From assembly GCA_016298065.1 (NCBI GenBank), contig JAEDDN010000003.1:48281-112280 (forward strand): DNA of 64,000 nucleotides. The letters run 5' to 3'. The translations under genes and the position numbers were made by a program. Below, piece after piece: positions 21,216 to 31,345 of this stretch (positions are counted from its first letter, which is position 1; every line of letters begins with the position of its first letter). The stretch is from Oscillospiraceae bacterium (GTDB lineage Bacteria > Bacillota > Clostridia > Oscillospirales > Ruminococcaceae). The notes under the pieces were generated by a model that made no database searches, had not been told where the DNA came from, and saw nothing but the letters and a program-made list of their open reading frames with translations.

Positions 21216-21600
21216 TGTCCCCACGACTTTTTAACCCTTTCTCCCCCCCGACTTTCGTCGGGGGGAGAAAACTATATTCCACGGCTTTTTACTCTTTCCC
21301 CCCGACTTTAGTCGGGGGAATGTATCCACATGGCTTTTACTCTTCTCCCCCGACTTTCGTCGGGGGAGAAAACTATATCCCACGACTTTTGCTTCTTTCC
21401 CCCCGACTTTCGTCGGGGGGAATATATTCACATGGCTTTTGCTTCTTTCCCCCGACTTTCGTCGGGGGAGAAAACTATATCTCCACGGCTTTTGCTTCTT
21501 TCCCCCGACTTTCGTCGGGGGAATATGCTTTTGGCTTTGCTGTGGGGAAATATAAATCTCAACTCCCCGATTTCGTCGGGGAGTATCTTATTCTGGTTCT
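21216..21600. repeat. Tandem array of 7 perfect GC-rich hairpins (CCCCCGAC-TTTC-GTCGGGGG) spaced ~52 bp with alternating A/B linkers (higher-order period ~105 bp)
   Basis: Read directly. Hairpins lie near 21244, 21298, 21347, 21399, 21449, 21503 and 21561. Linkers alternate between agaaaactatat.ccacg.cttttgcttctttc and aatatattcacatggcttttgcttctttc. Confidence 0.9.
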
Positions 21601-21825
21601 GCCGTAGGTGATATATTATTTTGCCGTGGAATAAACTTTATATTTTACATCAAATTTATTTAGTTTATGCGTATATTCAAACTCTCACTTGCAGTATATA
21701 TTGCAAAATGACCTTGGTTAAACTTAAAGCCTCAATAAAAATGAATATTTTTGCATTTAATCTTGCATTTTAACTGTAAAAGTAATAAAATTTATGGTAA
21801 AGATATTTTATGGGGGCTTGTTTTG

Positions 21826-22698
21826 ATGGATAAGGATATACTTACCTTGATTGCACAGAAAAAACAGACTTTATCCAAAGGTCAAAAGCTGATTGCAGAT
21901 TATATATTAAACCACTATGAAAAAGCGGCGTTTATGACCGCCTTAAAGCTCGGTCAGGTGGCAGGAGTGAGCGAATCCACCGTTGTCAGATTTGCATTTG
22001 AGCTCGGATACGACGGCTATCCGCAGCTTCAAAAGGCTCTGCAAAAGATGATAAGAAATAAACTTACCTCGGTTCAGAGAATAGACGTAGCAAACGAACA
22101 GCTCGGTAACGGCGAGATACTCGATAAGGTATTAAACCTCGATATAGACAGGATAAAACATACCTTGCGTGAAACCTCAAGAAAAGACTTTGACGGTGCG
22201 GTTAATTCGATATTAAAGGCTAAGAATATCTATATATTAGGCTCAAGAAGCGCCTCTGCGCTTGCAAGCTTTATGGCGTTTTATTTCGGCACGATACTTC
22301 CGAATGTAAAGCTTGTCAATACCGTAGGCTTTGAGGAAGTTTTCGAGCAAATTTTGCGTGTCGGCGAAAACGACATTATGATAGGAATAAGCTTCCCGAG
22401 ATACTCAAAAAGAACTGCCGACGCATTAAAATACGCCCACAAAAACAAAGCGAAGGTAATAGCCATTACCGACAGCGAAACCTCGCCGCTTGTAAAATAC
22501 TGCGATTATTTTTTGCAGGCAAGAAGCGATATGGCGTCGTTTGTCGATTCTTTAGTAGCACCGCTTAGCGTTATCAATGCGCTGATTGTTGCGGTAGGAC
22601 TTAAAAAATCGGACGAGCTTAAAGAGGTTTTTGATAAGCTTGAAAATATTTGGGACGAATATAAAATATATGAGAAAGCAGAGGAAACTCAAGATTGA
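21826..22698 (+). CDS. RpiR-family transcriptional regulator (HTH_6 + SIS domain)
   Basis: N-terminal HTH and C-terminal SIS domain. Start moved to ATG 21826 preceded by RBS-like TGGGGGC. Confidence 0.8.
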   Translation: MDKDILTLIAQKKQTLSKGQKLIADYILNHYEKAAFMTALKLGQVAGVSESTVVRFAFELGYDGYPQLQKALQKMIRNKLTSVQRIDVANEQLGNGEILDKVLNLDIDRIKHTLRETSRKDFDGAVNSILKAKNIYILGSRSASALASFMAFYFGTILPNVKLVNTVGFEEVFEQILRVGENDIMIGISFPRYSKRTADALKYAHKNKAKVIAITDSETSPLVKYCDYFLQARSDMASFVDSLVAPLSVINALIVAVGLKKSDELKEVFDKLENIWDEYKIYEKAEETQD

Positions 22699-23930
22699 AC
22701 TCAAGCTATGATGTAATAGTTATAGGCGCAGGAGCCGCAGGTCTTATGGCGGCTCATACAGCCTCGCTTTACGGCAAAAGGGTACTGCTTATCGAAAAAA
22801 ACGACCGTGTCGGCAAAAAGCTTATGATTACGGGCAAGGGACGCTGTAACGTCACAAATAACTGCGATGTGAGCACAGTACTTAATAATGTAACTGTAAA
22901 CAATAAGTTTTTATATAGCTCGCTTAACCGTTTTTCGCCTGCCGATACTATGGCGTATTTTGAAAATGCGGGAGTAGAGCTTAAAACCGAGCGAGGAAAC
23001 AGGGTATTCCCCCAGTCAGACAAGGCAAAAGATATAGTCGACGCCTTAAAAAATAATGTTCGCTCCACAGGCGTAGAGATATTAAACGATACCGTTATAA
23101 GCGTGCTTTGTGATGAGAATGTATGCACAGGCGTAGAATGTAAAAATACCGGCGTTCACACTTCAAAATCGGTTATCCTCGCAACAGGCGGCAAATCCTA
23201 TTCCGCCACAGGCTCAAACGGCGAGGGGTATTTAATGGCAAAACGCTTAGGGCATAATATCGTTACGCCAAAGCCCTCGCTTGTGCCGATAGTGACTAAA
23301 GAGGATTTTTGTAAAAAAGCACAGGGGCTATCCTTAAAAAATGTAAGGCTTGATTTATTTGACGCAAAGCTTCAAAAAAATCTTTACAGCGAGCTCGGCG
23401 AAATGCTTTTTACTCATTTCGGAGTTTCCGGACCGCTTGTTTTGTCTGCCTCGGCGCATATAAAGGATATTCAGCAAAACAGGTATAAACTAAAAATCGA
23501 TTTAAAGCCTGCCCTTAGTGAACAAAAGCTTGACGAGCGCATATTAAGAGATTTTAGCGAAAACCTAAACCGTGATTTTCAAAATAGCTTAGGAGCTTTA
23601 CTGCCACGCAAGCTTATACCGGTAATAATAACGCTATCGGGTATACCGTTTGACATAAAGGTAAACCAGATAACCAAAAATATGAGAGAAAATCTTGTGA
23701 GGGTTATAAAATGCCTTGAACTTACGGTTAAGGAGTTTAGACCGATAGAGGAGGCTATTATAACTTCGGGAGGAATTGACACAAGTCAGATAAACCCAAA
23801 AACCATGGAGTCAAAACTTGTATCGGGGTTATTTTTTGCAGGCGAGATAATAGACGTAGACGCATATACCGGCGGGTTTAATTTGCAGATAGCTTTTTCT
23901 ACAGGCTTTGTATCAGGCGAAAACTCATAA
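22695..23930 (+). CDS. BaiN/HI0933-family NAD(P)/FAD-dependent oxidoreductase
   Basis: 411 aa, DVIVIGAGAAGLMAA Rossmann motif and C-terminal GGFNLQIAFSTG tail characteristic of the family. Overlaps the rpiR stop by 4 nt. Confidence 0.75.
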   Translation: MNSSYDVIVIGAGAAGLMAAHTASLYGKRVLLIEKNDRVGKKLMITGKGRCNVTNNCDVSTVLNNVTVNNKFLYSSLNRFSPADTMAYFENAGVELKTERGNRVFPQSDKAKDIVDALKNNVRSTGVEILNDTVISVLCDENVCTGVECKNTGVHTSKSVILATGGKSYSATGSNGEGYLMAKRLGHNIVTPKPSLVPIVTKEDFCKKAQGLSLKNVRLDLFDAKLQKNLYSELGEMLFTHFGVSGPLVLSASAHIKDIQQNRYKLKIDLKPALSEQKLDERILRDFSENLNRDFQNSLGALLPRKLIPVIITLSGIPFDIKVNQITKNMRENLVRVIKCLELTVKEFRPIEEAIITSGGIDTSQINPKTMESKLVSGLFFAGEIIDVDAYTGGFNLQIAFSTGFVSGENS

Positions 23931-24065
23931 ATGCGTTGGGCAATATAACTTAAAAAGTCTGTAAAATTTATATAATATAACCTTACGATTTTATGGTATA
24001 ATTATTTTAATAAGCGTGTAAGAGGGCTTGGTTTAAACTCTTGCATATAAAAAAGGAGATAGTTT

Positions 24066-24734
24066 ATGAAGGCTGTTGCCATCGACGGACCTGCCGGAGC
24101 AGGTAAAAGCACAATATCGAGAATAACTGCAAAAAAGCTCGGCTTTATATATGTTGACACCGGAGCCTTATACAGAACGGTAGGCTATGCTATGGATAGC
24201 AAAAATGTTTCGGTACAAGATACCCAAGGCGTAAAAAATGCGCTAAAGGATATAAATATAGAACTAAAATTTATAGATAACGAGCAAAGGGTATTTTTAA
24301 ACGGCGAGGACGTTTCGGATAAGATAAGAACGCCAAAAGTATCAATGCTTGCGTCGGATTTTTCTGCCCTTTCGCCTGTCAGAGAGTTTTTGTTTGATCT
24401 GCAAAGAGATATTGCAAAAAAGCAAAACGTCATAATGGACGGGCGTGACATAGGCACGCTTGTTTTACCGAATGCAGATATAAAAATATTTCTTACCGCT
24501 ACTCCTGAAGACAGAGCAAAGAGAAGATATAACGAATTTGTGGAAAAGGGAGTTCCCGTAGAGTTTGATAAGCTCCTTGAGGAGATAAAACAGCGTGACT
24601 ATAACGATTCCCATAGAGCCGTAGCTCCCTTAAAGCAAGCAGACGACGCCTTGCTTGTAGATACTACAGGCAACACTTTAGAGGAATCTATTAACCTGCT
24701 TTTTGATATAATTTCAAAAAGATTGGGGCTTTAA
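24066..24734 (+). CDS. cmk: Cytidylate kinase
   Basis: 222 aa, AIDGPAGAGKST P-loop. Confidence 0.9.
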   Translation: MKAVAIDGPAGAGKSTISRITAKKLGFIYVDTGALYRTVGYAMDSKNVSVQDTQGVKNALKDINIELKFIDNEQRVFLNGEDVSDKIRTPKVSMLASDFSALSPVREFLFDLQRDIAKKQNVIMDGRDIGTLVLPNADIKIFLTATPEDRAKRRYNEFVEKGVPVEFDKLLEEIKQRDYNDSHRAVAPLKQADDALLVDTTGNTLEESINLLFDIISKRLGL

Positions 24735-24754
24735 AAAATATCGGAGGCATTTAA

Positions 24755-25357
24755 TTGACAAAGTTTTACCGTTTTTGCAGAGGCGTATGCAAATTTTTGT
24801 TTCACATAGCTTATAAAACCGAAGTTTACGGAAGCGAAAATTTGCCCGAGTCGGGTGGATATATACTGGCGTCTAACCACAAATCCTTTTTCGACCCGCC
24901 GCTTATAGGAATGACAATAAATAAACAGCTTTTCTTTATGGCTAAGGAATATCTTTTCAACATAAAAGTGTTAGGCGCTATCATCAGAAAGCTTGGGGCT
25001 TTTCCCGTTTCAAAGGGAAACGGCGAGCAGGCTATATTAACTGCGATTGACGTTTTAAATAAGGGAAATATACTCGGCATTTTCCCTGAGGGCACAAGAA
25101 TTAAGACCGATCAGCTCGGACGTTTTAAATCCGGCGTAATTGTAATTGCGGCTCAAACGGGAGCAGACGTTATACCCGTAGCCCTGCGCTATCAAAGACG
25201 TCATTTCAGACGCAACAAAGCCATAGTAAGCTACGGTACGCTTATTAAAAACAGCGATTTGGGAATTGATATGAACGCCCCACGCACAATAAGGAATGCG
25301 TCGACGCTTATAAAGGGCGAAATAGCAAAACAACTGGAGGATATTAAATGCAAATAA
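24755..25357 (+). CDS. plsC: 1-acyl-sn-glycerol-3-phosphate acyltransferase
   Basis: 200 aa, NHKSFFD (HX4D) and FPEGTR motifs. Confidence 0.8.
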   Translation: MTKFYRFCRGVCKFLFHIAYKTEVYGSENLPESGGYILASNHKSFFDPPLIGMTINKQLFFMAKEYLFNIKVLGAIIRKLGAFPVSKGNGEQAILTAIDVLNKGNILGIFPEGTRIKTDQLGRFKSGVIVIAAQTGADVIPVALRYQRRHFRRNKAIVSYGTLIKNSDLGIDMNAPRTIRNASTLIKGEIAKQLEDIKCK

Positions 25358-27477
25358 CCGTTGCCAAAACCGCAGGCTTTTGCTTTGGCGTTGACAGGGC
25401 GGTAAATTTGGTTTATAAGCTTACCGAAACTCAAAAAAACGTAAAGACCTTAGGTCCTATTATCCATAACCCTCAAATAGTCGAGGATTTAAAAAACAAA
25501 AATGTTGACATAATAGCTTCGCCTGATGAAGCAAAAAGCGAAGATACAGTGGTTATCCGTTCGCACGGCGTAGGTAATGACGTTTACGATACCTTAAATA
25601 AGCTTAATATAAACTATGTGGACGCAACCTGTCCTTTTGTTTCAAAGATACATAAAATAGTAAGCGAAAAATCAGCCGAAGGGTATATCGTCATAATTGC
25701 AGGAGATAAAAATCACCCCGAGGTTTTGGGTATAAAGGGACATTGTAAGGGCGAGTGTTACGTTATAAAGGACGAGTTTGAACTTAAGGATTTGCTTGAA
25801 AATGTCTTAAAAGACGCTCAGAAAAAGGCAATTTTGGTTGCGCAGACGACTTATAACACAAAATTTTGGGCAAATTGCGTTAAAAGTACAAAAAAACTAT
25901 ATACAAATCTGATTTTTTTTGATACAATATGTAATGCGACAAATGAACGCCAGCAGGAAGCGGTAGAGCTTGCAAAGAAAAATGACGTTATGGTTGTCGT
26001 TGGTGGACGAGATAGCTCTAACACCAAAAAATTAAAGGAAGTTTGCGAAAAATACGCAACAACTTACTTAATTGAAACCGCCGAAGAACTAAAAAATATT
26101 GAACTCAACAATGCTTTAAGTGTCGGCGTTACGGCAGGTGCCTCTACACCTGCTTATATAATCAAGGAGGTTTTACAAACCATGAGTGAAATGGCAAACA
26201 ACAAGGAAGAGCTTAATTTTGAGCAGTTGCTGGAGGAATCTTTAGAAACCGGCAAATTATATAATGGGAAAAGAGTCAAGGGTATTGTTACTACAGTGCT
26301 TGCAAACGAAATACACGTTGACGTAAACGCTAAGCAATCCGGTATCGTGCCGTTAGACGAACTCACAGACGATCCTACACAAAAGCCGGAAGATATCGTT
26401 AAAAAGGGAGACGAGCTTGACCTTATCGTATTAAAGGTTAACGATCAAGAGGGCATAGTAACTCTCAGCAAGAAAAGATGCGACGCTTTGGCAGGATATG
26501 ACGTTATCTGTAAGGCTTATGAAGAAGGTACTGCTTTAGAGGGCGTTGTAACAAACGTTGTAAGAGGCGGCGTACTTGTACTTTCAAATTCAGTTAAGGT
26601 ATTTATTCCTGCTTCACAGGTTTCCGACAAAAGAATAGAGGATTTAAACACACTCTTAAAGCAACAGGTTACCTTTAAAATTTTAGAAGTAAACGAAAAA
26701 CGTTCAAGAGCCTTAGGCTCTGTAAGAGCTTACTTAAACGAAGGCAAAAAGGAATTGGAAGAACAGTTCTGGAACAATGTCGAGGTAGGAAATACATATA
26801 AAGGCGAGGTTAAATCTCTTACCTCTTACGGTGCTTTTGTTGACTTAGGCGGCGTTGACGGTATGATTCACATTACCGAGCTTTCTTGGACTAAGATAAA
26901 GCACCCGTCGGAAATAGTAAATGTCGGCGATGTTGTCGAGGTTTATGTAAAGGACGTAGACAAAGAGAAGAAGAGAATTTCCTTAGGCTATAAAAAATCA
27001 GAGGACAATCCTTGGGAGATTTTTGTTAATACATATAAGGTTGACGATGTTGTTAAGGTTAAAATCGTAAGCTTTACCGCTTACGGAGCTTTCGCAACAA
27101 TTATTCCGGGTGTTGACGGCTTAATCCACATCTCTCAAATAGCTAACCAAAGAGTTGAAAAGATTGCCGACATTTTGGAAGTAGGTCAAGAGGTTGAGGT
27201 AAAGATTATCGACATCAACTCTGACAGCAAGCGTGTAAGCCTTTCTATGAGAGCTTTGCTCCCTGAAGAAGAGCAGAAAATCGTAAAGGACGAAGCGGGC
27301 GAGCAACAAGCAGAAGAAGCTGTAGAACAAACAGCCGAGGTATCGGAGGAATCCGCAAATGAAGAAGTTAAAGAGGTTGCCGAAGAAGCTAAAGAAATCG
27401 CTGAAGAAATCACAGAAGAAACAGCGCAGGAGACTAAGGAGACTGAAACTGCTGACGAAGCTGATGCTCAGGAATAA
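25348..27477 (+). CDS. ispH: Bifunctional 4-hydroxy-3-methylbut-2-enyl diphosphate reductase / ribosomal protein S1 fusion with acidic C-terminal tail
   Basis: N-terminal ~280 aa are IspH-like (MQITVAKTAGFCFGVDRAV), followed by four S1 repeats. This fusion is common in Clostridia. Confidence 0.85.
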   Translation: MQITVAKTAGFCFGVDRAVNLVYKLTETQKNVKTLGPIIHNPQIVEDLKNKNVDIIASPDEAKSEDTVVIRSHGVGNDVYDTLNKLNINYVDATCPFVSKIHKIVSEKSAEGYIVIIAGDKNHPEVLGIKGHCKGECYVIKDEFELKDLLENVLKDAQKKAILVAQTTYNTKFWANCVKSTKKLYTNLIFFDTICNATNERQQEAVELAKKNDVMVVVGGRDSSNTKKLKEVCEKYATTYLIETAEELKNIELNNALSVGVTAGASTPAYIIKEVLQTMSEMANNKEELNFEQLLEESLETGKLYNGKRVKGIVTTVLANEIHVDVNAKQSGIVPLDELTDDPTQKPEDIVKKGDELDLIVLKVNDQEGIVTLSKKRCDALAGYDVICKAYEEGTALEGVVTNVVRGGVLVLSNSVKVFIPASQVSDKRIEDLNTLLKQQVTFKILEVNEKRSRALGSVRAYLNEGKKELEEQFWNNVEVGNTYKGEVKSLTSYGAFVDLGGVDGMIHITELSWTKIKHPSEIVNVGDVVEVYVKDVDKEKKRISLGYKKSEDNPWEIFVNTYKVDDVVKVKIVSFTAYGAFATIIPGVDGLIHISQIANQRVEKIADILEVGQEVEVKIIDINSDSKRVSLSMRALLPEEEQKIVKDEAGEQQAEEAVEQTAEVSEESANEEVKEVAEEAKEIAEEITEETAQETKETETADEADAQE

Positions 27478-27498
27478 AAAATTAAAGTAAAATAATTT

Positions 27499-27535
27499 AA
27501 CCGACCGCACACTTAAAAGTGCGGTCGGTTTTTCT
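27499..27535. terminator. Bidirectional terminator (AACCGACCGCAC-loop-GTGCGGTCGGTT-TTTT)
   Basis: 12-bp inverted repeat between convergent ispH/rpsA and tadA. Confidence 0.8.
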
Positions 27536-27987
27536 TATTTTGCCCTTAGCTTTGAGAAAAACTGTTTTAAGATATCGCTGCATTCTTCCTTTAAAATTCC
27601 GCTTTTAACGTAGGGCTTGTGGTTATAATCAAGCTCAAACAAATTTATCACCGAGCCTACCGAGCCTGCCTTTTTATCGTCCGCACCGTATACCACACGC
27701 TTTATGCGGGAATTTATAATTGCGCCTGCGCACATAGGGCAAGGTTCTAAGGTTACATATAATGTACAATCCGAAAGTCGCCAGCTTTTTAAAGCTTCAC
27801 ACGCCGCTTGAATGCATATAAGTTCTGCATGTGCGGTGGCTGAGGTGTTTTTTTCTCTTAGATTGTGAGAAACACTTATAACCTCACCGTCTTTTACAAT
27901 TACGGCTCCCACAGGCACCTCGCCTTCGTCAAAAGCAAGCCTTGCTTCGTTTAACGCTAAGCTCATAAAATATTCGTCGTTTGTCAT
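27535..27987 (-). CDS. tadA: tRNA adenosine(34) deaminase
   Basis: 150 aa, HAE and PCPMCAGA zinc-binding motifs. Confidence 0.85.
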   Translation of the reverse strand: MTNDEYFMSLALNEARLAFDEGEVPVGAVIVKDGEVISVSHNLREKNTSATAHAELICIQAACEALKSWRLSDCTLYVTLEPCPMCAGAIINSRIKRVVYGADDKKAGSVGSVINLFELDYNHKPYVKSGILKEECSDILKQFFSKLRAK

Positions 27988-27999
27988 AAACCTTATCCT

Positions 28000-29022
28000 T
28001 TAATCTATAAATTCTATATACCTAAGCATATTTACACACGAAATAACGATTATCACCCAGATAAATACATTTGAGAAAAAAAGCGATATTTTCATACGGT
28101 TTGTGAGATTTGTTTCTGTGCTTGTGACTATAAAAGCGCTTTTATCTTTTTTGGAATGAAATATAAAGCCTATTGTCGCAAGCAGTATTAAAACAAGGTA
28201 CAGAATAAGTATTAAAAGCCGTGAGCTTGCTACGCCTGATGAGCAGAGGATACACTCCGCTAAGCTTAGGACTTTTACAACAAAACTGCTTATTATCGGA
28301 ACTATTATGCTTTGCGAGCGAAGAGCCATATATGCTAACATAAGCCCCGGCAAAACACTGCAAGCCATATCGTCAATTTTGGTATTTACAATCACAAAAA
28401 GAAAGGTAGAAACAAAAACCGCTGTAATGTCGCCGAATTTTCTAAATGTCCTTAAAATAATGCCGTGAAAAAGCATTTCCTCAAGAAACGCAGGGATAAT
28501 TGTCACCAAAACAAAAAATAAAACAAAAGACAATGTACCTTGCGGTATTGAGTAGCTTTCGGGAATAACGGAAATATTCCAAAGACTAACTGAGCTTTTA
28601 AAAAGGCTTGTTAATATTTTCGATAATGCATATATACCTGCAATAAAGATAATTGAGTATCGCATAGAATACGGATAAGGCTTTTTAAACATACCTTTAA
28701 AGGATACCTGTCCTTTAAACGCAACAAGCAAAAATAAAATCGGAAGCCCCAAATAAATAATATTAAATAAAAAGTCGGATAAAGTGCTGTCTAAAAAACT
28801 TTGTGTAATCGCAACGCCGAATAAAGATAAAGCCTTAATTAAAGCCTTTTTGGCAAACGAGCGTAAAAACATTAAAAACAAAATCGCAATAAAGGTTATA
28901 TTGTAGCACATTATAAGCGATTTTTTCTCATTTTGTTTTGGTGTTTGAGGAACAAACCCAAGCCCGTTTATGTAAACATATCCGCTTTGAGCATAGTAAG
29001 TATTATTTTGATTTTTGCTCAT
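28000..29022 (-). CDS. Polytopic membrane protein, CPBP (CAAX protease)-like
   Basis: 340 aa, ~8 TM. The FLEEMLFHG motif resembles CPBP motif 1 (EExxxR) with R replaced by H. Confidence 0.5.
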   Translation of the reverse strand: MSKNQNNTYYAQSGYVYINGLGFVPQTPKQNEKKSLIMCYNITFIAILFLMFLRSFAKKALIKALSLFGVAITQSFLDSTLSDFLFNIIYLGLPILFLLVAFKGQVSFKGMFKKPYPYSMRYSIIFIAGIYALSKILTSLFKSSVSLWNISVIPESYSIPQGTLSFVLFFVLVTIIPAFLEEMLFHGIILRTFRKFGDITAVFVSTFLFVIVNTKIDDMACSVLPGLMLAYMALRSQSIIVPIISSFVVKVLSLAECILCSSGVASSRLLILILYLVLILLATIGFIFHSKKDKSAFIVTSTETNLTNRMKISLFFSNVFIWVIIVISCVNMLRYIEFID

Positions 29023-29227
29023 AAAGGCTGTTCCTCCTTTTTAATATACTTTAAAGACATCTGAAAGCCTTGATAAAAATACCATTAAAATTATATCATA
29101 ATAAAAAATAGGAGTAAACAAAGTCACTAAAAGTTTACATTTTAGACACTTGAATATTAAAATCCCTACTGATATAATTTTTATTGACGACAAAAGTAAT
29201 TATTAAAAAGGTAGAGTGATTTAGGTA

Positions 29228-30196
29228 ATGGAGAAATTTAAAGACGCCGTTTGCCCTATATGTGAAAAGCCGTTTGACGACGGCGAGCAGATAGCGGTAT
29301 GCCCCGAATGCGGAGCGCCTTATCATAAAAAGTGTATAGATGTAACCGGCAAGTGTATTTTCGACAACCTGCACAGCGAGGGCAAAAGCTGGACAAATCC
29401 AAATGAAAAAGCGTCTGCCGAAAGCGAAAATCCAAATAAGAAGATATGCTCTCGTTGCGGAAGCGCAAATCCTGCAAGCGGTCTTTTTTGCGAAAATTGC
29501 GGAAATCCTTTAAACAGTCCGCAAAACGCTTATTATCAGAATACGCAAAATAACGCCCAAAACTTCCAAAACGTGTACGGTCAGTATGGCTTTAATACAC
29601 AGGGCTTCGGTATGTTTGCCTCTCCCTTCGGCAACGTAAATCCCGACGAAGAGTTAAACGGAATAAAGGTTAAGGATTATTCGGTTTTCATAGGTCAAAA
29701 TATGCATTATTTTGTGCCTAAGTTTAAAAATATGGCGCTTAAAATAGGACGAGCAGGTTTTAATTTTGCGGCTATGCTGTTCGGCGGATTTTATTTTCTT
29801 TACCGTAAAATGTACGGTATAGGTATTTTGCTTTTAATATGGTTTGCGGTGCTTAGAATACCCGATTTTCTTTATAGCATAGATTATGCAAGACAAATGC
29901 TCGATTCGAGCGTAGAATTGTTATTTGACCAAAACACTCTCGAGTCACTTTCGATGTTAACGACTATTCCTTATTATTTAACGCATCTGCTGTGCGGATT
30001 TTTTGCAAACAGACTTTATTTCTCGCATTCGGTACGCTCTATAAAGAAAATAAATAGCTTAAATTTAAATACACAAGATTATGTGCTTTCTCTCAGAAAA
30101 AAGGGAGGCGTTGTTCAAAACCTTGTGCTTATAGTGTTTGTAGTTTATTTTCTGATTTCGTTTGTAATGGCCTTTGCGCTTATGTATACGATGTAA
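29228..30196 (+). CDS. Double zinc-ribbon N-terminal domain membrane protein, function unknown
   Basis: CPICE...CPECG and CSRCG...CENCG ribbons, Q/N-rich linker, 3-4 TM. Confidence 0.55.
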   Translation: MEKFKDAVCPICEKPFDDGEQIAVCPECGAPYHKKCIDVTGKCIFDNLHSEGKSWTNPNEKASAESENPNKKICSRCGSANPASGLFCENCGNPLNSPQNAYYQNTQNNAQNFQNVYGQYGFNTQGFGMFASPFGNVNPDEELNGIKVKDYSVFIGQNMHYFVPKFKNMALKIGRAGFNFAAMLFGGFYFLYRKMYGIGILLLIWFAVLRIPDFLYSIDYARQMLDSSVELLFDQNTLESLSMLTTIPYYLTHLLCGFFANRLYFSHSVRSIKKINSLNLNTQDYVLSLRKKGGVVQNLVLIVFVVYFLISFVMAFALMYTM

Positions 30197-30202
30197 AAAT
30201 AC

Positions 30203-30231
30203 CCTGTCTTATTTAAGACAGGGCACTTTTA
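30203..30231 (+). terminator. Intrinsic terminator (CCCTGTCTTA-TT-TAAGACAGGG then CACTTTT)
   Basis: 10-bp perfect stem directly after the stop codon. Confidence 0.7.
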
Positions 30232-30515
30232 TGCCTTTTTGATGCGTGATATTAAGGCTAAAAAATACATATAATAGTTTTTGAAAATTTAATATTTAAA
30301 TTTATGCTAAAAAGTATAAATTTTCAAACGAATTACTTTTTTTGTCGAAATATCACTTGATAAAATTATTGTAATATGCTATTATTTTATTAGTAGTTCA
30401 CAAAAAATTAACTTATACATAACATTTTATATGTTTTTTGTAAATTGCCTATGGATAAGGACGGTGCATTAAGCTGAGAAAAACAAGCTCAAACCACGGT
30501 TTATTTTTATGTTTT

Positions 30516-31274
30516 TTGCTTAATTTGCTGTTAAATGCACAATGGTGTATTCCCTCTGTGGTACTGCTTATTATGCATTTTATAATCGGTATTTCTCTTA
30601 TTTGGTTTATAGGTGCACTTGTTATCTGGATATTATGGGTTTTTATCTTTACCGTTTTAATTTCAAAGCTTGCAGGCAGTGCTAATGAGGATATAAACGA
30701 AACGCCTAAAGAGAATAAAAATCCCTATTCCAACTCAAAATATAAAAGCACATTTAATAAAGGCGACTGTAGGGATTATTACCCGTTAAGATTACTCGAA
30801 TGTTTAAAATTAACCTTTGTAAATATCGGTATACCCGGAGAAGTCATAACCGAGCTTTATGAAAGCATTAAGGGAAATACGCCCGTCGACACAGGAAATA
30901 CCGTTAAAAAGTTTCTTTATCTTTTATCCGAAAAAGACCGACTTTATATCTGTAAAGACAATGCTCCTTTGGACGATGTACTTTTTTGTGTTTTATCCGA
31001 CGCAGGGCGTCAAGAACTTTCTCTAACTTCCCCAAAACAGATAATAGAGTTTATAGGCGACAATGAAGATATAAGCGGTAAAGACGCCGCCTTTTATATA
31101 GCGTCAAAGCTAAGCTCAAATAAAGATATAGCTGTAGGCTTTTGCATTTATATTATAAATACCCCTGACGGCGAGTTTTTTACAGGAATCGTTTCAAAGG
31201 AAAAATCAAAGCTTTTTATAAACAATCTTAACATTATTCTAAGCGACTGCGATTTTAACGCAACCTTGCTATAG
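30516..31274 (+). CDS. Hypothetical membrane-anchored protein (TTG start, no clear RBS, AT-rich surroundings)
   Basis: 252-aa ORF, one N-terminal TM, no recognisable motifs. Start uncertain. Confidence 0.4.
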   Translation: MLNLLLNAQWCIPSVVLLIMHFIIGISLIWFIGALVIWILWVFIFTVLISKLAGSANEDINETPKENKNPYSNSKYKSTFNKGDCRDYYPLRLLECLKLTFVNIGIPGEVITELYESIKGNTPVDTGNTVKKFLYLLSEKDRLYICKDNAPLDDVLFCVLSDAGRQELSLTSPKQIIEFIGDNEDISGKDAAFYIASKLSSNKDIAVGFCIYIINTPDGEFFTGIVSKEKSKLFINNLNIILSDCDFNATLL

Positions 31275-31345
31275 GTTTAGGTTTCTTAAAACCTTTACAA
31301 AGCAAACAATTTATAAACATAAACTTTTGAAAGGAGTTTTTAATC

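Noticed and set aside
21216-21600. Possible CRISPR array (regular ~22-nt palindromic repeats with ~30-nt intervening sequences)
   Set aside because: The intervening sequences are not unique: they alternate between two near-identical types, as in a higher-order tandem repeat. The repeats are perfect palindromes with a fixed loop, there is no leader, and no cas genes are in the window.
21215-21611. Three overlapping ORFs (130, 93 and 66 aa) encoding PPTFVGGE/SPRLSSGE-type repetitive peptides
   Set aside because: They are open only because the tandem repeat lacks stop codons. There is no RBS, and the same DNA is read in several frames and strands.
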